A DNA stretch of 63,227 bases, the filler included, from Raillietiella orientalis (lineage: Eukaryota), in assembly GCA_036172245.1 (NCBI GenBank). It is 8 parts of 8 records of this genome, joined end to end, with 100 filler letters (N's around TTAATTAATTAA, not from the genome) between each part and the next. Parts side by side here need not be neighbours in the genome. Positions count along the whole stretch, not along the records: positions 8,156 to 16,181 come from JAYWIR010000294.1; positions 16,282 to 24,210 come from JAYWIR010000295.1; 6 more parts are not named here. One strand, 5' to 3'. Shown here in pieces: positions 11,325 to 24,310 of this stretch (its first letter is position 1; each line of letters opens with the position of its first letter). The translations under genes were made by a program, and so were the position numbers. Below the pieces are notes generated by a model. That model saw only the letters and a list, made by a program, of their open reading frames with translations. It made no database searches and was not told the origin of the DNA.

Positions 11325-14300
11325 TCGAAGGCCTTGTGGAGGTCGACTGCGACCGCCAAGGCCCCAGGCGTTTCCTCCTGTCGTCGGCGTCTGTTCTTCT
11401 TGCCTTCTGCATGAACTCTCGCCTCAGCCATGCTTTGCTGCGCCGCGACTTCCTGCAGCTGCATCCAGGTACGCGCGAAAAGTATGTTCGCCTCCATGGA
11501 TCGTCCGGGAGTCGCGTAGGCTCGTTCCGGGCTCACCACAGATCCCGCGATACTTCCTGATCGCGCCACCCACAGCTTGGAAAACAACTTGACGTCCGAG
11601 TTCACCAAGATGATCGGACGCCAGTTGTTAAGTTGGGGCGAGTCTCCGGCTTTCGGTAGGAGACGCACCTTCGCTGAGCGGAAAGAATGCGGGACGTTCT
11701 TGGATCCCCTCATCAACGACGAGAGATCAAGCATCAAGGGGATGAGCTCCACTGCAGAACACTGATAAAACTCTGCAGGGAGTCCATCCTCGCCTGGCGC
11801 CTTTCGTCTCTTCGGCCCAGCAATGGCGGATGAGATTTCCTCCGCCGTGAAGGGCTCGTTGAGACGTTCGCGTTCCTGCTCGCCGACGACAGGAGCATCC
11901 TGCGACAGGAGTATCTCAGAGACAATATCCTCCGTCGAGGTTTCCGCGTACAGCGAGAAGTAGTAGCGCCTTACAAAGCGGCGTACTTTTGCTGGGGCCG
12001 AACATTCCTGGCCCTTTTCGTCCAACAGGCATGCTGCTCCGGACTGCCAGACCTGGCGCTCGTCCCTCGCCTTGTACTCCGCGAGACGCATGACATCCGC
12101 TTGTCTGGAAAACGTGCGTGCCTGCAGAAAGTGTGTGCTCTTGCCACTCCTTCTTCAAGATCGCGTGGAAGCCGGTGCAAGGCGAATTGGCAGCAGAACT
12201 CTCGGACAGATCTTCTGAGATCGTTTCAGTCCGCGAGTTATTAAATGGCGAAGCCTCGTAGGTGTCCACGGAGATGCTCCGCTTCCTCCGGATGACTAAG
12301 CCAATCCGTCTGCATCCTCTAGTTTTGCAACGGAGGCCTTTTGCCTGGCGAAAGGAGCTCAAACTCCAACCTGTGATTGTCAGAAAGCCCAGTCAACAAT
12401 CTTGCTCTCCTACCCACACGCGAATGCAGGTTTTCATCGAGGAAAACAAAATCGAGCGATCTTTTCATTCCACGTTCGCTTTCCTTCAAGTTGGCGGCGT
12501 GCATTGACGCGCACATCTCGATGGGCAGCGCGCGCTCCCTCAGGCGTCTCGAATCGTCGGAGAGCAGGCGAACGTTGAAGTCCCCAGCGACGTTGTGCGC
12601 CATTTGGAAGCCGGAGTTGTTGAGCCAGTGGCTCTGCACCTCACCATAAAAAGCTACTCTTTCTGCGAAGTAGCGAGAGCCACTTGGCGCGTAGACGTTG
12701 GTAAAGACGAGATCGATGGACTCGGACCACTTGATGACAATTTGGCCTACCCGTCCTTCGTCGTCGAAACGAACACCAGGCACCGCTTCCGCCATTTTTC
12801 CTCTTACGAGTAACGCTTCGCCGCACGTGTGTGCACCGCTGCACCGCCAATGTAGCCTTCCGCCTGCGCGCTTTTCGATTTCGGCTGTCTGCTTGTCGGA
12901 GATTACGGGAATCTCCTGCAGGAGCACGAGTTCGAAGGAGCGCAAAGCGTTGGCTACTAACCGTCTCTTCTCGTCGTTCTGCACTCCGTTTACGTTCTAA
13001 CACGCGACGGACAGACGAAGAGAGGATGCGATTCCATGCATTAATGCTGGGAAGGCGGCGGCATTTTGCTCGCTTCAACCGGCGAGCGGACGGCGAGCAG
13101 CACGACCGGCTGGAGGGGACGGTCGCCACCGTGCTGCGTCGTGCTGCATGCAGTTGAGGTGCCCACCCCATGTGTCTCCTTCTCGGATTTTGGGGGGAAC
13201 CCAAGCTGCTTCGCGGCGGGAATCTCCCGCCTGCCGGCTTTTACGCGACGCGCCTCCGTTTCCGAACGAGTTACTCGACGTTCGGAAATCGGGTCGCTCT
13301 CCGATGCGGAGTCCGTATGGGGTTCGCGTGACTCGCTCTTCGCGGCACGCGAAGAGCAACTGCTGTCTATTCGTTGGACAGCGATCGTTTTTGTGCTCTT
13401 TGGTAATGTGGCATCGCTTTTTTCGGAGGCTGTTTTAACAGCTCCCGGGATGTCAGCATCAGAGCGCGATATTGCACGAAGAACTTTCGCGCGAGTCTTT
13501 TTCATCACTCGAGAGTTCCTTGCCCTCAGGCGAGCTTTCGACGGATGCTGTGGAGCGTTTTTTGGAGCTTTTTTCTTACCGCTCCTCTCCATTACCTTTC
13601 ACTCGCTCTCGCCGTATTTGAAGGCGATCTGCTGCGCCGCGAGAACCCATGAGTTTAACTCCTCGGCCGTCAGCGGCGCTGCGTGCGCGACCGACGTTGA
13701 CGTCTCCGTCAGGGTCGCATCCCTGTGAGTCGGGAGTTTGCTCTCCGATCGTGTGTACGGAGAGCGTTTCTCCGCTGACGGGGTGCAGCCGCGAAACGCG
13801 GGATTATTTTTTCCGCTCTCCGAATCCGGAACGAAGGCCTCCTTCCATTTTTAACCATTGGGCTTCTTCGGCTGTAAAGGGGGCAAAATCGTGGAATGTT
13901 CATTTTCCACTTGACCGCGATCGCCGTTTAGAGGTTCTTTTCTTTTGGCCTTCGTTTGGCCCTGGGTTGAAACCGCGGTTCCGCGATCGTTGACACGAGC
14001 TCTGGAGTCGTCCTTTGAGCTCCCGCGCCGTTTCTTTTGCAGCTTCCCTGCCGCTAAGTAAAACGCAAGGGACTTCAACGTTGAGGACCTCTGCTGTTGT
14101 CCGGCATTTTGCTGCGCATTGGAACGAGACTTAGCCCGTGCGCACTGTTTTTCCTCTGGCGCGTTTCTCGTTTTCGCGACGTATTTCGCGCGTTGATGCT
14201 TTGCGGCTGCCTTTTTTCTAGCAAGGTCCGGGCAATTCTTTAAGTTGTGCCCGGATTTCTTGCAATAGCGGCATTTACCAGAAGAGCACTTTTGTGCATA

Positions 14301-15078
14301 ATGACCCTCTTCGCCTCATTCCTCGCATACACGAGGCTTACCTGCATGCCACAGGTGAACGACCGTGTCGTTCACCTGCATCTTAGAGGGTAGAAGACGG
14401 CGGTCCGGCATGGATAGTCGAACCGTGGCACTACCGCTCACGATGGATGGAAATTCCATAAGGGTGCTTCCAACATTCCACAGAGCACATACCGTGGCGA
14501 GTTTTGCTAACACAGTCCTCAATTCGCGGTCGGAAGTTTCCGGTTCGATGCCGTAAAGCTCCGCCACGAAGGACTCATCCATGGTAGACGGGAAGACCTT
14601 CTTACCACGGATGGACAAAGGAGTGTGCAGCAAGCGTTGCACAACAGCCGCGTCTTTGCAGCGCACTTTGAAATATCCCAAGCTTTTGATGGGCATAATG
14701 GCCAGAAGGTCTTTCTCCCGCTTGCCAACACGGGTCAGTTCATCGTTGAACTGATTACCGTCGCGAACGGAAAGAAATCCACTGACCTGGTAGCGGAGTG
14801 CGGGATTGTAGCCCTGAGCTACGTAGGCCTGCACCTCCGCCTCGTTGTATGATACACCTTTGACGGCTGCCGCGGCAGCAACGTCAGCAAAACTTCTCGC
14901 CATTGGCGAGCAAGACGAATTGGAGGCGGCCGTCGGTTCCGCCATTGCAGATCCGGATGCTGTTCCTCCAACTTCAGTAGCTTCGGGTTGCGTCGACATC
15001 GTCGTCAACATGCACGACACCAGGACGAAGCGATTGAAAGCCAGGAGACGAGAGCGAAGAAAAACATGCCCGCACTCG
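11325..15078 (-). mobile_element. Tx1/L1-type element, family III (host), 5' end, ORF1, APE and RT N-terminus to DLHKAFD
   Basis: ORF1 pieces at 14316-15020 and 13041-13592, with knuckle CRYCKKSGHNLKNC. APE at 12319-12984 (LLQE, NVYAP, AGDFN, SDN). RT at 11285-12091 (KAPGEDG, WRPI, AVAVDLHKAFD). Confidence 0.9.
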
Positions 15079-16181
15079 GTTAAAATCTCCCGCTATCAGG
15101 TGCCCGCCGCACGCCTGCTTCGGCCAACCAGTCTCGCCTCAGGGCTTCGAAGAACGCAGTGCGTTCTCCGCGCCTGTGGCTGCTGTAGGGCGCGTATACG
15201 TTCGCGACCACGAGGTCGATCGAGTCTGACCACTTGAGGACAAGATGCCCAAGTCGACCTTCCTCGTCGAACTGTATACTGCGCACTACCTTTGCGACGG
15301 CTGGCTTCAGAAGGAGGCCACTCCGCGGAAGTGGTCTCCACCGAATCGCCAAAGTAGCCTTCCCCCTGTAAGCCTCTCGATCTCCTGGACGTCCTCTCCT
15401 CAGAGGGCGTGAACCTCTTGGAGAAGTGTCAGGTCGAAAGGTCGCAGGGTGTCGGCCACGCTATGCCTCTTGCTTTCGCTACGCAGCCCGTTGACATTCC
15501 AACAGGCTATACGCAGCTGCCGGCAAGAGGCGATTCCACGCATCACGCTAATGATGGTGGTGGCGATTGTGTAGCCGCCTCCTGTTCGGGAGGCGGCTGG
15601 TCGATGTCCAACTGCATGGACGGCGTTTCCGCAACGACCGGAACGTCGGTAGTCGCACTGAGGTCGATCGGAAGATCGGACCGGGCGGTTTCCACGGAGG
15701 GATCCCGCGACCTCGCGGACATCGCCTCCTCGCTACCCGAGCGCATTTTCTCCTCCTCAGCCTGAGGAAGAGCGACGCGCAAAGGATTTCGGGAATTCCG
15801 GCCCCCCTTCCTCTTCGGAAGAGCGACGGTGGGAGCGTTTCCGGCTTCCTCCTCGGACTCGGAAGTTTCCGGACCTTTGGCTTCCGACGGACGTCTCACG
15901 GCCTTCTTTGCAGCTTTAGGCGGCTGCATTAAGGTGGCCGCGAGCTCCTCCGCCGCCTTCGCGAAGTTTTTCTCGTCGCTGCTGCTCGTGTTTTTGTCGC
16001 AGGATTCCTACGGCGGTTCCGCGGCGTTCGCGACGGTTGCGGGAGTCGCGTTTGCCGTTCGACGTTCCATCGACGGAACGCGCTCGATGTTAACGCGGCA
16101 TTCCTCTATGATTTCGCGCGGCGTAATTTTTTTTGCGCCGTTCGCGGTTTTTTTCGGTTTGCTCGCTAATTAACATCAACT
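15079..16181 (-). mobile_element. Family II-like element fragment: ORF1 C-terminus plus APE N-terminal half ending at GDFN
   Basis: ORF 15543-15929 is homologous to the ORF1 tail at 3750-4030. It is followed by IACWNVNG...NVYAP...HLIAGDFN, which breaks at ~15079. Confidence 0.85.
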
Positions 16182-16281
16182 NNNNNNNNNNNNNNNNNNN
16201 NNNNNNNNNNNNNNNNNNNNNNNNNTTAATTAATTAANNNNNNNNNNNNNNNNNNNNNNNNNNNNNNNNNNNNNNNNNNNN

Positions 16282-17430
16282 TTCTTGAGATGATGCTGCT
16301 CCGGCTACCAAAGTTTTTGTGTCTTCCACAAGTGCTTTGGCAGTTTTCAATATATTTTCCTTATGCATAACAAAACAATCTTCTTCGTTATCGGCATTGA
16401 GAGTGCCTGCTGTAGCAAACATGATGGTTGTATCAAGATCCTCCCATATGGTTGTATCAAGATCCCCTATTATCCCTGAGACTGTGCTGGCTGCATTGAT
16501 GCAGGCTTGTGTGCCTCTAGATCCAGCTTGCAAGGCAGTTAACAATGCAGAAATTCTCGAAGAAATACTCTGTGAAGCTTCCAGGAGATGCCTTTTGGTG
16601 AATACGTCTTTTTCATTGTTGCAATAATCTTCTCCTACATTTATCAGGCGAATACAAGAATGACCTAGTTCTTGAATGTTTGATAACACCGTTTTAGAAA
16701 TTTCCTCATCAGAAGCGGAAGCAATTGCACCACAGGCATCAGGAATCATTCTCGTATATAACTGTACTACCTTTGGAATGAGAACGTACAGTTCAGAAGA
16801 ACTATTAGTTGTGACAGCTTGAGTGGCATAGGCCATTTCCTTGATGGTAGACACAAGTCTCATTTGATAGTTGGCAAAGCCATCCAAGTACATATGGCTT
16901 GGGGAGACCTCAGTTAACTGAGAAATGGCATTTTGAATGCAACTGATCTTTTCACTGCCCATCAACGTATCAGTCGAAGACTGGAATGTTTTCAATAAAT
17001 GATCTAAAGCACCTTGCAAATTCTCTCTTGCATCAGCTACATCTGCATGAACAGCTTGGGCCTTGTAATCTCCTCCACTGTATTTAGCTAACGATACTAA
17101 TCTAAGAGCACATTCCAGAACATTCTTGATTTCATTCAATAAAAGATCGCGCTTTCCGGAGTCCTTTATAACATTAAGTCGATCAATACAGATATGAAAC
17201 AGGGATTCCATGCATCCTTGGAGCTCATTAACTGAATAACCTAAATGCTCAGCTTCTCTCTTACTACATTCTGCCACATCATCGATTTTCGCAGACGTCT
17301 CATTAACAATGCACATTATTTGCTGATCTGCTTCTTGTAGCCCATGTGAAGACACATTATCTGTTGTTGGGCCCAGGGGACTACACTCTAAATCTCTTAA
17401 CAAATCCTGAATTCGTTTGATATCCCTCAT
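16282..17430 (-). CDS. TLN: Talin rod-domain coding fragment (about R9-R11); large exon or duplicated/pseudogene piece
   Basis: ALQAGSRGTQACINAASTVSGIIGDLDTTI(M)FATAGTL and ENILKTAKALVEDTKTLVAGAASSQE are hallmark metazoan talin sequences. The frame is open for ~380 codons and carries an 8-aa internal duplication. Confidence 0.9.
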
Positions 17431-17703
17431 AGGCAATAGGAGAGCAGGCACGGTGTGTGAACCAGTACGTCATGTGAGTCGTCCCAGGGGAATGAGTTAC
17501 GTCACACTCGGGGAGACGCACTCGCGCACGTCACGGTACGCCAGATATGTACAAACGCAGTATTCTTTAAAGGCTGGTAGCGGCGACGACCTTACGCGGA
17601 GGTCGTCACTCTTGTTGGCCTGGGACCATGGAAGACCTTTTTGGGAATCCTTCTATTCTCCAGCTTTCCTTCCAGCTCTTTTGTTGTTGCTGCTGTTGTT
17701 GCC

Positions 17704-20700
17704 TACATCGTTCGGCTCGTTCCGAGCATCGGAACGGATTCCTTTCCCCGTGGATGCAAAGGCACCTTTATCATATCCCCACTTCCTGCGAATCTCTTGC
17801 TCCACGTGAAGAAATCATAGGAGAACCGAACTAATTGCAAGATGGCAGGATTGTTGTTAGTCTGGTTTTCATGGCAACTATTTTTGCAATGGAGAGATGA
17901 AGTTTTTTACCCTCCATCTTCCTTTTTTCAGTGCAAATTTGTAGTGTCTGCTGATATCTAATCAATTTCTATAATGTCTATTACATCTTTAAGCTCCTTC
18001 CGAGCATCCGAACGGATTCCTTTCCCCGTGGATGCAACGGCACCTTTATCAGATCCCCGCTTCCTCGGAATCCCTTGCTCCAAGGGAAGAAATCATAGGA
18101 GAACCGAACTAATTTCAAGATGGCAGGATTGGTGTTAGTATGGTTTTCATGGCAACCATTTTTGCAATGGACAGATGAAGTTTTTATTCTCCATCTTCCT
18201 TTTTTCAGTGCAAATTTGCAGTGTCTGGTGATTTCAAGACAATTTCTATAATGTCTATTACATCGTTCGGCTCCTTCCGAGCATCCGAACGGATTCCTTT
18301 CCCCGTGGATGCAAAGGCACCTTTATCACATCCCCACTTCCTGCGAATCTCTTGCTCCACGTGAAGAAATCATAGGAGAACCGAACTAATTGCAAGATGG
18401 CAGGACAGGTGTTAGTCTGGTTCTCATGGCAATTATTTTTGCAAAGGACAGATGAAGTTTTTTTCTGTCCATCTTCCTATTTTCAGTGCAAATTTGCAGT
18501 GTCTGCTGATAAATAATCAATTTCTATAATGTCGATTACATCTTTAAGCTCCTTCCGAGCATCCGAACGGATTCCTTTCCCCGTGGATGCAACGGCACCT
18601 TTATCACATCCCCACTTCCTCGGAATGCCTTGTTCCACGAGAAGAAATCATAGGAGAACCGAACTAATTTCAAGATGGCAGGATTGGTGTTAGTCTGGTT
18701 TTCATGGCAACCATTTTTGCAATGGAGAGATGAAGTTTTTTACCCTCCATCTTCCTTTTTTCAGTGCAAATTTGCAGTGTCTGGTGATTTCAAGACAATT
18801 TCTATAATGTCTATTACATCGTTCGGCTCCTTCCGAGCATCCGAACGGATTCCTTTCCCCGTGGATGCAAAGGCACCTTTATCACATCCCCACTTCCTGC
18901 GAATCTCTTGCTCCACGTGAAGAAATCATAGGAGAACCGAACTAATTTCAAGATGGCAGGATTGTTGTTAGTCTGGTTTTCATGGCAACCATTTTTGCAA
19001 TGGAGAGATGTAGTTTTTTACCCTCCATCTTCCTTTTTTCTGTGCAAATTTGCAGTTTCTGGTGATTTGAAGACAATTTCTATAATGTCGATTACATCTT
19101 TTAGCTCCTTCCGAGCATCCGAACGGATTCCTTTCACCGTAGATGCAACGGCACCTTTATCACATCAACGCATCCTCGGAATCCGTTGCTCCAAGGGAAG
19201 AAATCATAGGAGAACCGAACTAATTTCAAGATGGCAGGATTGGTGTTAGTCTGGTTTTCATGGCAACCATTTTTGCAATGGACAGATGAAGTTTTTACCC
19301 TCCATCTTCCTTTTTTCAGTGCAAATTTGCAGTGTCTGGTGATTTCAAGACAATTTCTATAATGTCTATTACATCGTTCGGCTCCTTCCGAGCATCCGAA
19401 CGGATTCCTTTCCCCATGGATGCAAAGGCACCTTTATCACATCCCCACTTCCTGCGAATCTCTTGCTCCACGTGAAGAAATCATAGGAGAACCGAACTAA
19501 TTGCAAGATGGCAGGACAGGTGTTAGTCTGGTTTTCATGGCAACTATTTTTGCAATGGAGAGATGAAGTTTTTTACCCTCCATCTTCCTTTTTTCAGTGC
19601 AAATTTGCAGTGTCTGCTGATATCTAATCAATTTCTATAATGTCGATTACATCTTTAAGCTCCTTCCGAGCATGCGAACGGATTCCTTTCCCCGTGGATG
19701 CAACGGCACCTTTATCACATCCCCGCTTCCTCGGAATCCCTTGCTCCAAGGGAAGAAATCATAGGAGAACCGAACTAATTTCAAGATGGCAGGATTGGTG
19801 TTAGTCTGGTTTTCATGGCAACCATTTTTGCAATGGACAGATGAAGTTTTCTTCCCTCCATCTTCCTTTTTTCAGTGCAAATTTGCAGTGTCTGCTGATA
19901 TCTAATAATTTCTATAATGTCGATTACATCTTTAAGCTCCTTCCGAGCATTCGAACGGATTCCTTTCCCCGTGGATGCAACGGCACCTTTATCACATCCC
20001 CACTTCCTCCGAATCTCTTGCTCCACGAGAAGAAATCATAGGAGAACCGAACTAATTGCAAGATGGCAGGACAGGTGTTAGTCTGGTTCTCATGGCAATC
20101 ATTTTTGCAAAGGACAGATGAAGTTTTTTTCTCTCCATCTTCCTATTTTCAGTGCAAATTTGCAGTGTCTGCTGATAAATAATCAATTTCTATAATGTCG
20201 ATTACATCTTTAAGCTCCTTCCGAGCATCCGAACGGATTCCTTTCCCCGTGGATGCAACGGCACCTTTATCACATCCCCGCTTCCTCGGAATCCCTTGCT
20301 CCAAGGGAAGAAATCATAGGAGAACCGAACTAATTTCAAGATGGCAGGATTGGTGTTAGTATGGTTTTCATGGCAACCATTTTTGCAATGGACAGATGAA
20401 CTTTTTATTCTCCATCTTAATTTTTTCAGTGCAAATTTGCAGTGTCTGCTGATATCTAATAAATTTCTATAATGTCGATTACCTCTTTATGCTCCCTCCG
20501 AGCATTCGAACGGATTCCTTTCCCCGTGGATGCAACGGTACCTTTATCACATCCCCACTTCCTCCGATTCTCTTGCTCCACGAGAAGAAATCATAGGAGA
20601 ACCGAACTAATTGCAAGATGGCAGGACAGGTGTTAGTCTGGTTCTCATGGCAATCATTTTTGCAAAGGACAGATGAAGTTTTTTTCTCTCCATCTTCCTA

Positions 20701-23700
20701 TTTTCAGTGCAAATTTGCAGTGTCTGCTGATAAATAATCAATTTCTATAATGTCGATTACATCTTTAAGCTCCTTCCGAGCATCCGAACGGATTCCTTTC
20801 ACCGTAGATGCAACGGCACCTTTATCACATCCCCGCTTCCTCGGAATCCCTTGCTCCAAGGGAAGAAATCATAGGAGAACCGAACTAATTTCAAGATGGC
20901 AGGATTGGTGTTAGTCTGGTTTTCATGGCAACCATTTTTGCAATGGACAGATGAAGTTTTTACCCTCCATCTTCCTTTTTTCAGTGCAAATTTGCAGTGT
21001 CTGGTGATTTCAAGACAATTTCTATAATGTCTATTACATCGTTCGGCTCCTTCCGAGCATCGGAACGGATTCCTTTCCCCGTGGATGCAAAGGCACCTTT
21101 ATCACATCCCCACTTCCTGCGAATCTCTTGCTCCACGTGAAGAAATCATAGGAGAACCGAACTAATTGCAAGATGGCAGGACAGGTGTTAGTCTGGTTCT
21201 CATGGCAATTATTTTTGCAAAGGACAGATGAAGTTTTTTTCTGTCCATCTTCCTATTTTCAGTGCAAATTTGCAGTGTCTGCTGATAAATAATCAATTTC
21301 TATAATGTCGATTACATCTTTAAGCTCCTTCCGAGCATCCGAACGGATTCCTTTCCCCGTGGATGCAACGGCACCTTTATCACATCCCCACTTCCTCGGA
21401 ATGCCTTGTTCCACGAGAAGAAATCATAGGAGAACCGAACTAATTTCAAGATGGCAGGATTGGTGTTAGTCTGGTTTTCATGGCAACCATTTTTGCAATG
21501 GAGAGATGAAGTTTTTTACCCTCCATCTTCCTTTTTTCAGTGCAAATTTGCAGTGTCTGGTGATTTCAAGACAATTTCTATAATGTCTATTACATCGTTC
21601 GGCTCCTTCCGAGCATCCGAACGGATTCCTTTCCCCATGGATGCAAAGGCACCTTTATCACATCCCCACTTCCTGCGAATCTCTTGCTCCACGTGAAGAA
21701 ATCATAGGAGAACCGAACTAATTGCAAGATGGCAGGACAGGTGTTAGTCTGGTTCTCATGGCAATTATTTTTGCAAAGGACAGATGAAGTTTTTTTCTCT
21801 CCATCTTCCTATTTTCAGTGCAAATTTGCAGTGTCTGCTGATATATAATCAATTTCTATAATGTCGATTACATCTTTAAGCTCCTTCCGAGCATCCGAAC
21901 GGATTCCTTTCCCCGTGGATGCAACGGCACCTTTATCACATCCCCACTTCCTCGGAATCCCTTGCTCCACGAGAAGAAATCATAGGAGAACCGAACTAAT
22001 TTCAAGATGGCAGGATTGGTGTTAGTCTGGTTTTCATGGCAACCATTTTTGCAATGGAGAGATGAAGGTTTTTACCCTCCATCTTCCTTTTTTCAGTGCA
22101 AATTTGCAGTGTCTGCTGATATCTAATCAATTTCTATAATGTCGATTACATCTTTATGCTCCCTCCGAGCATTCGAACGGATTCCTTTCCCCGTGGATGC
22201 AACGGCACCTTTATCACATCCCCACTTCCTGCGAATCTCTTGCTCCACGTGAAGAAATCATAGGAGAACCGAACTACTTGCAAGATGGCAGGACAGGTGT
22301 TAGCCTGGTTCTCATGGCAATTATTTTTGCAAAGGACAGATGAAGTTTTTTTCTCTCCATCTTCCTATTTTCAGTGCAAATTTGCAGTGTCTGCTGATAA
22401 ATAATCAATTTCTATAATGTCGATTACATCTTTAAGCTCCTTCCGAGCATCCGAACGGATTCCTTTCCCCGTGGATGCAAAGGCACCTTTATCACATCCC
22501 CACTTCCTGCGAATCTCTTGCTCCACGTGAAGAAATCATAGGAGAACCGAACTAATTTCAAGATGGCAGGACAGGTGTTAGCCTGGTTCTCATGGCAATT
22601 ATTTTTGCAAAGGACAGATGAAGTTTTTTTCTGTCCATCTTCCTATTTCCAGTGCAAATTTGCAGTGTCTGCTGATAAATAATCAATTTCTATAATGTCG
22701 ATTACATCTTTAAGCTCCTTCCGAGCATCCGAACGGATTCCTTTCACCGTGGATGCAACGGCACCTTTATCACATCCCCGCTTCCTCGGAATCCCTTGCT
22801 CCAAGGGAAGAAATCATAGGAGAACCGAACTAATTTCAAGATGGCAGGATTGGTGTTAGTCTGGTTTTCATGGCAACCATTTTTGCAATGGAGAGATGAA
22901 GTTTTCTTCCCTCCATCTTCCTTTTTTCAGTGCAAATTTGCAGTGTCTGGTGATTTCAAGACAATTTCTATAATGTCTATTACATCGTTCGGCTCCTTCC
23001 GAGCATCCGAACGGATTCCTTTCCCCGTGGATGCAAAGGCACCTTTATCACATCCCCACTTCCTGCGAATCTCTTGCTCCACGTGAAGAAATCATAGGAG
23101 AACCGAACTAATTTCAAGATGGCAGGATTGGTGTTAGTCTGGTTTTCATGGCAACCATTTTTGCAATGGAGAGATGTAGTTTTTTACCCTCCATCTTCCT
23201 TTTTTCTGTGCAAATTTGCAGTTTCTGGTGATTTGAAGACAATTTCTATAATGTCGATTACATCTTTTAGCTCCTTCCGAGCATCCGAACGGATTCCTTT
23301 CACCGTAGATGCAACGGCACCTTTATCACATCCCCGCTTCCTCGGAATCCCTTGCTCCAAGGGAAGAAATCATAGGAGAACCGAACTAATTTCAAGATGG
23401 CAGGATTGGTGTTAGTCTGGTTTTCATGGCAACCATTTTTGCAATGGACAGATGAAGTTTTTACCCTCCATCTTCCTTTTTTCAGTGCAAATTTGCAGTG
23501 TCTGGTGATTTCAAGACAATTTCTATAATGTCTATTACATCGTTCGGCTCCTTCCGAGCATCGGAACGGATTCCTTTCCCCGTGGATGCAAAGGCACCTT
23601 TATCACATCCCCACTTCCTGCGAATCTCTTGCTCCACGTGAAGAAATCATAGGAGAACCGAACTAATTGCAAGATGGCAGGATTGGTGTTAGTCTGGTTT

Positions 23701-24190
23701 TCATGGCAACTATTTTTGCAATGGAGAGATGAAGGTTTTTACCCTCCATCTTCTTTTTTCAGTGCAAATTTGCAGTGTCTGTGGATAAATAATCAATTTC
23801 TATAATGTCGATTACATCTTTAAGCTCCTTCCGAGCATCCGAACGGATTCCTTTCCCCGTGGATGCAACGTCACCTTTATCACATCCCCACTTCCTCAGA
23901 ATCTCTTGCTCCACGAGAAGAAATCATAGGAGAACCGAACTTATTTCAAGATCGCAGGATTGGTGTTAGTCTGGTTTTCAAGGCAACCATTTTTGCAATG
24001 AAGAGATGTAGTTTTTTACCCTGCACCTTCGTTTTTTCAGTGCAAATTTGCAGTGTCTGGTGATTTCAAGAAAATTTTTTTAATGTCTATTACATCGTTC
24101 GGCTCCTTCCGAGCATCCGGACGGATTCCTTTCCCCATGGATGCAAAGGAACCTTTATCACATCCCCGCTTCCTCGGAATCCCTTGCGCC
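17704..24190. repeat. Satellite 1, ~278-bp monomer, ~23 copies with several monomer subtypes
   Basis: The unit TACATC..CCGAGCATCCGAACGGATTCC.. recurs every 277-278 nt; homologous ORF starts at 18675 and 18953 confirm the period. Confidence 0.97.
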
Positions 24191-24310
24191 ACGACTCCAG
24201 ATTCCGTGTGNNNNNNNNNNNNNNNNNNNNNNNNNNNNNNNNNNNNNNNNNNNNTTAATTAATTAANNNNNNNNNNNNNNNNNNNNNNNNNNNNNNNNNN
24301 NNNNNNNNNN

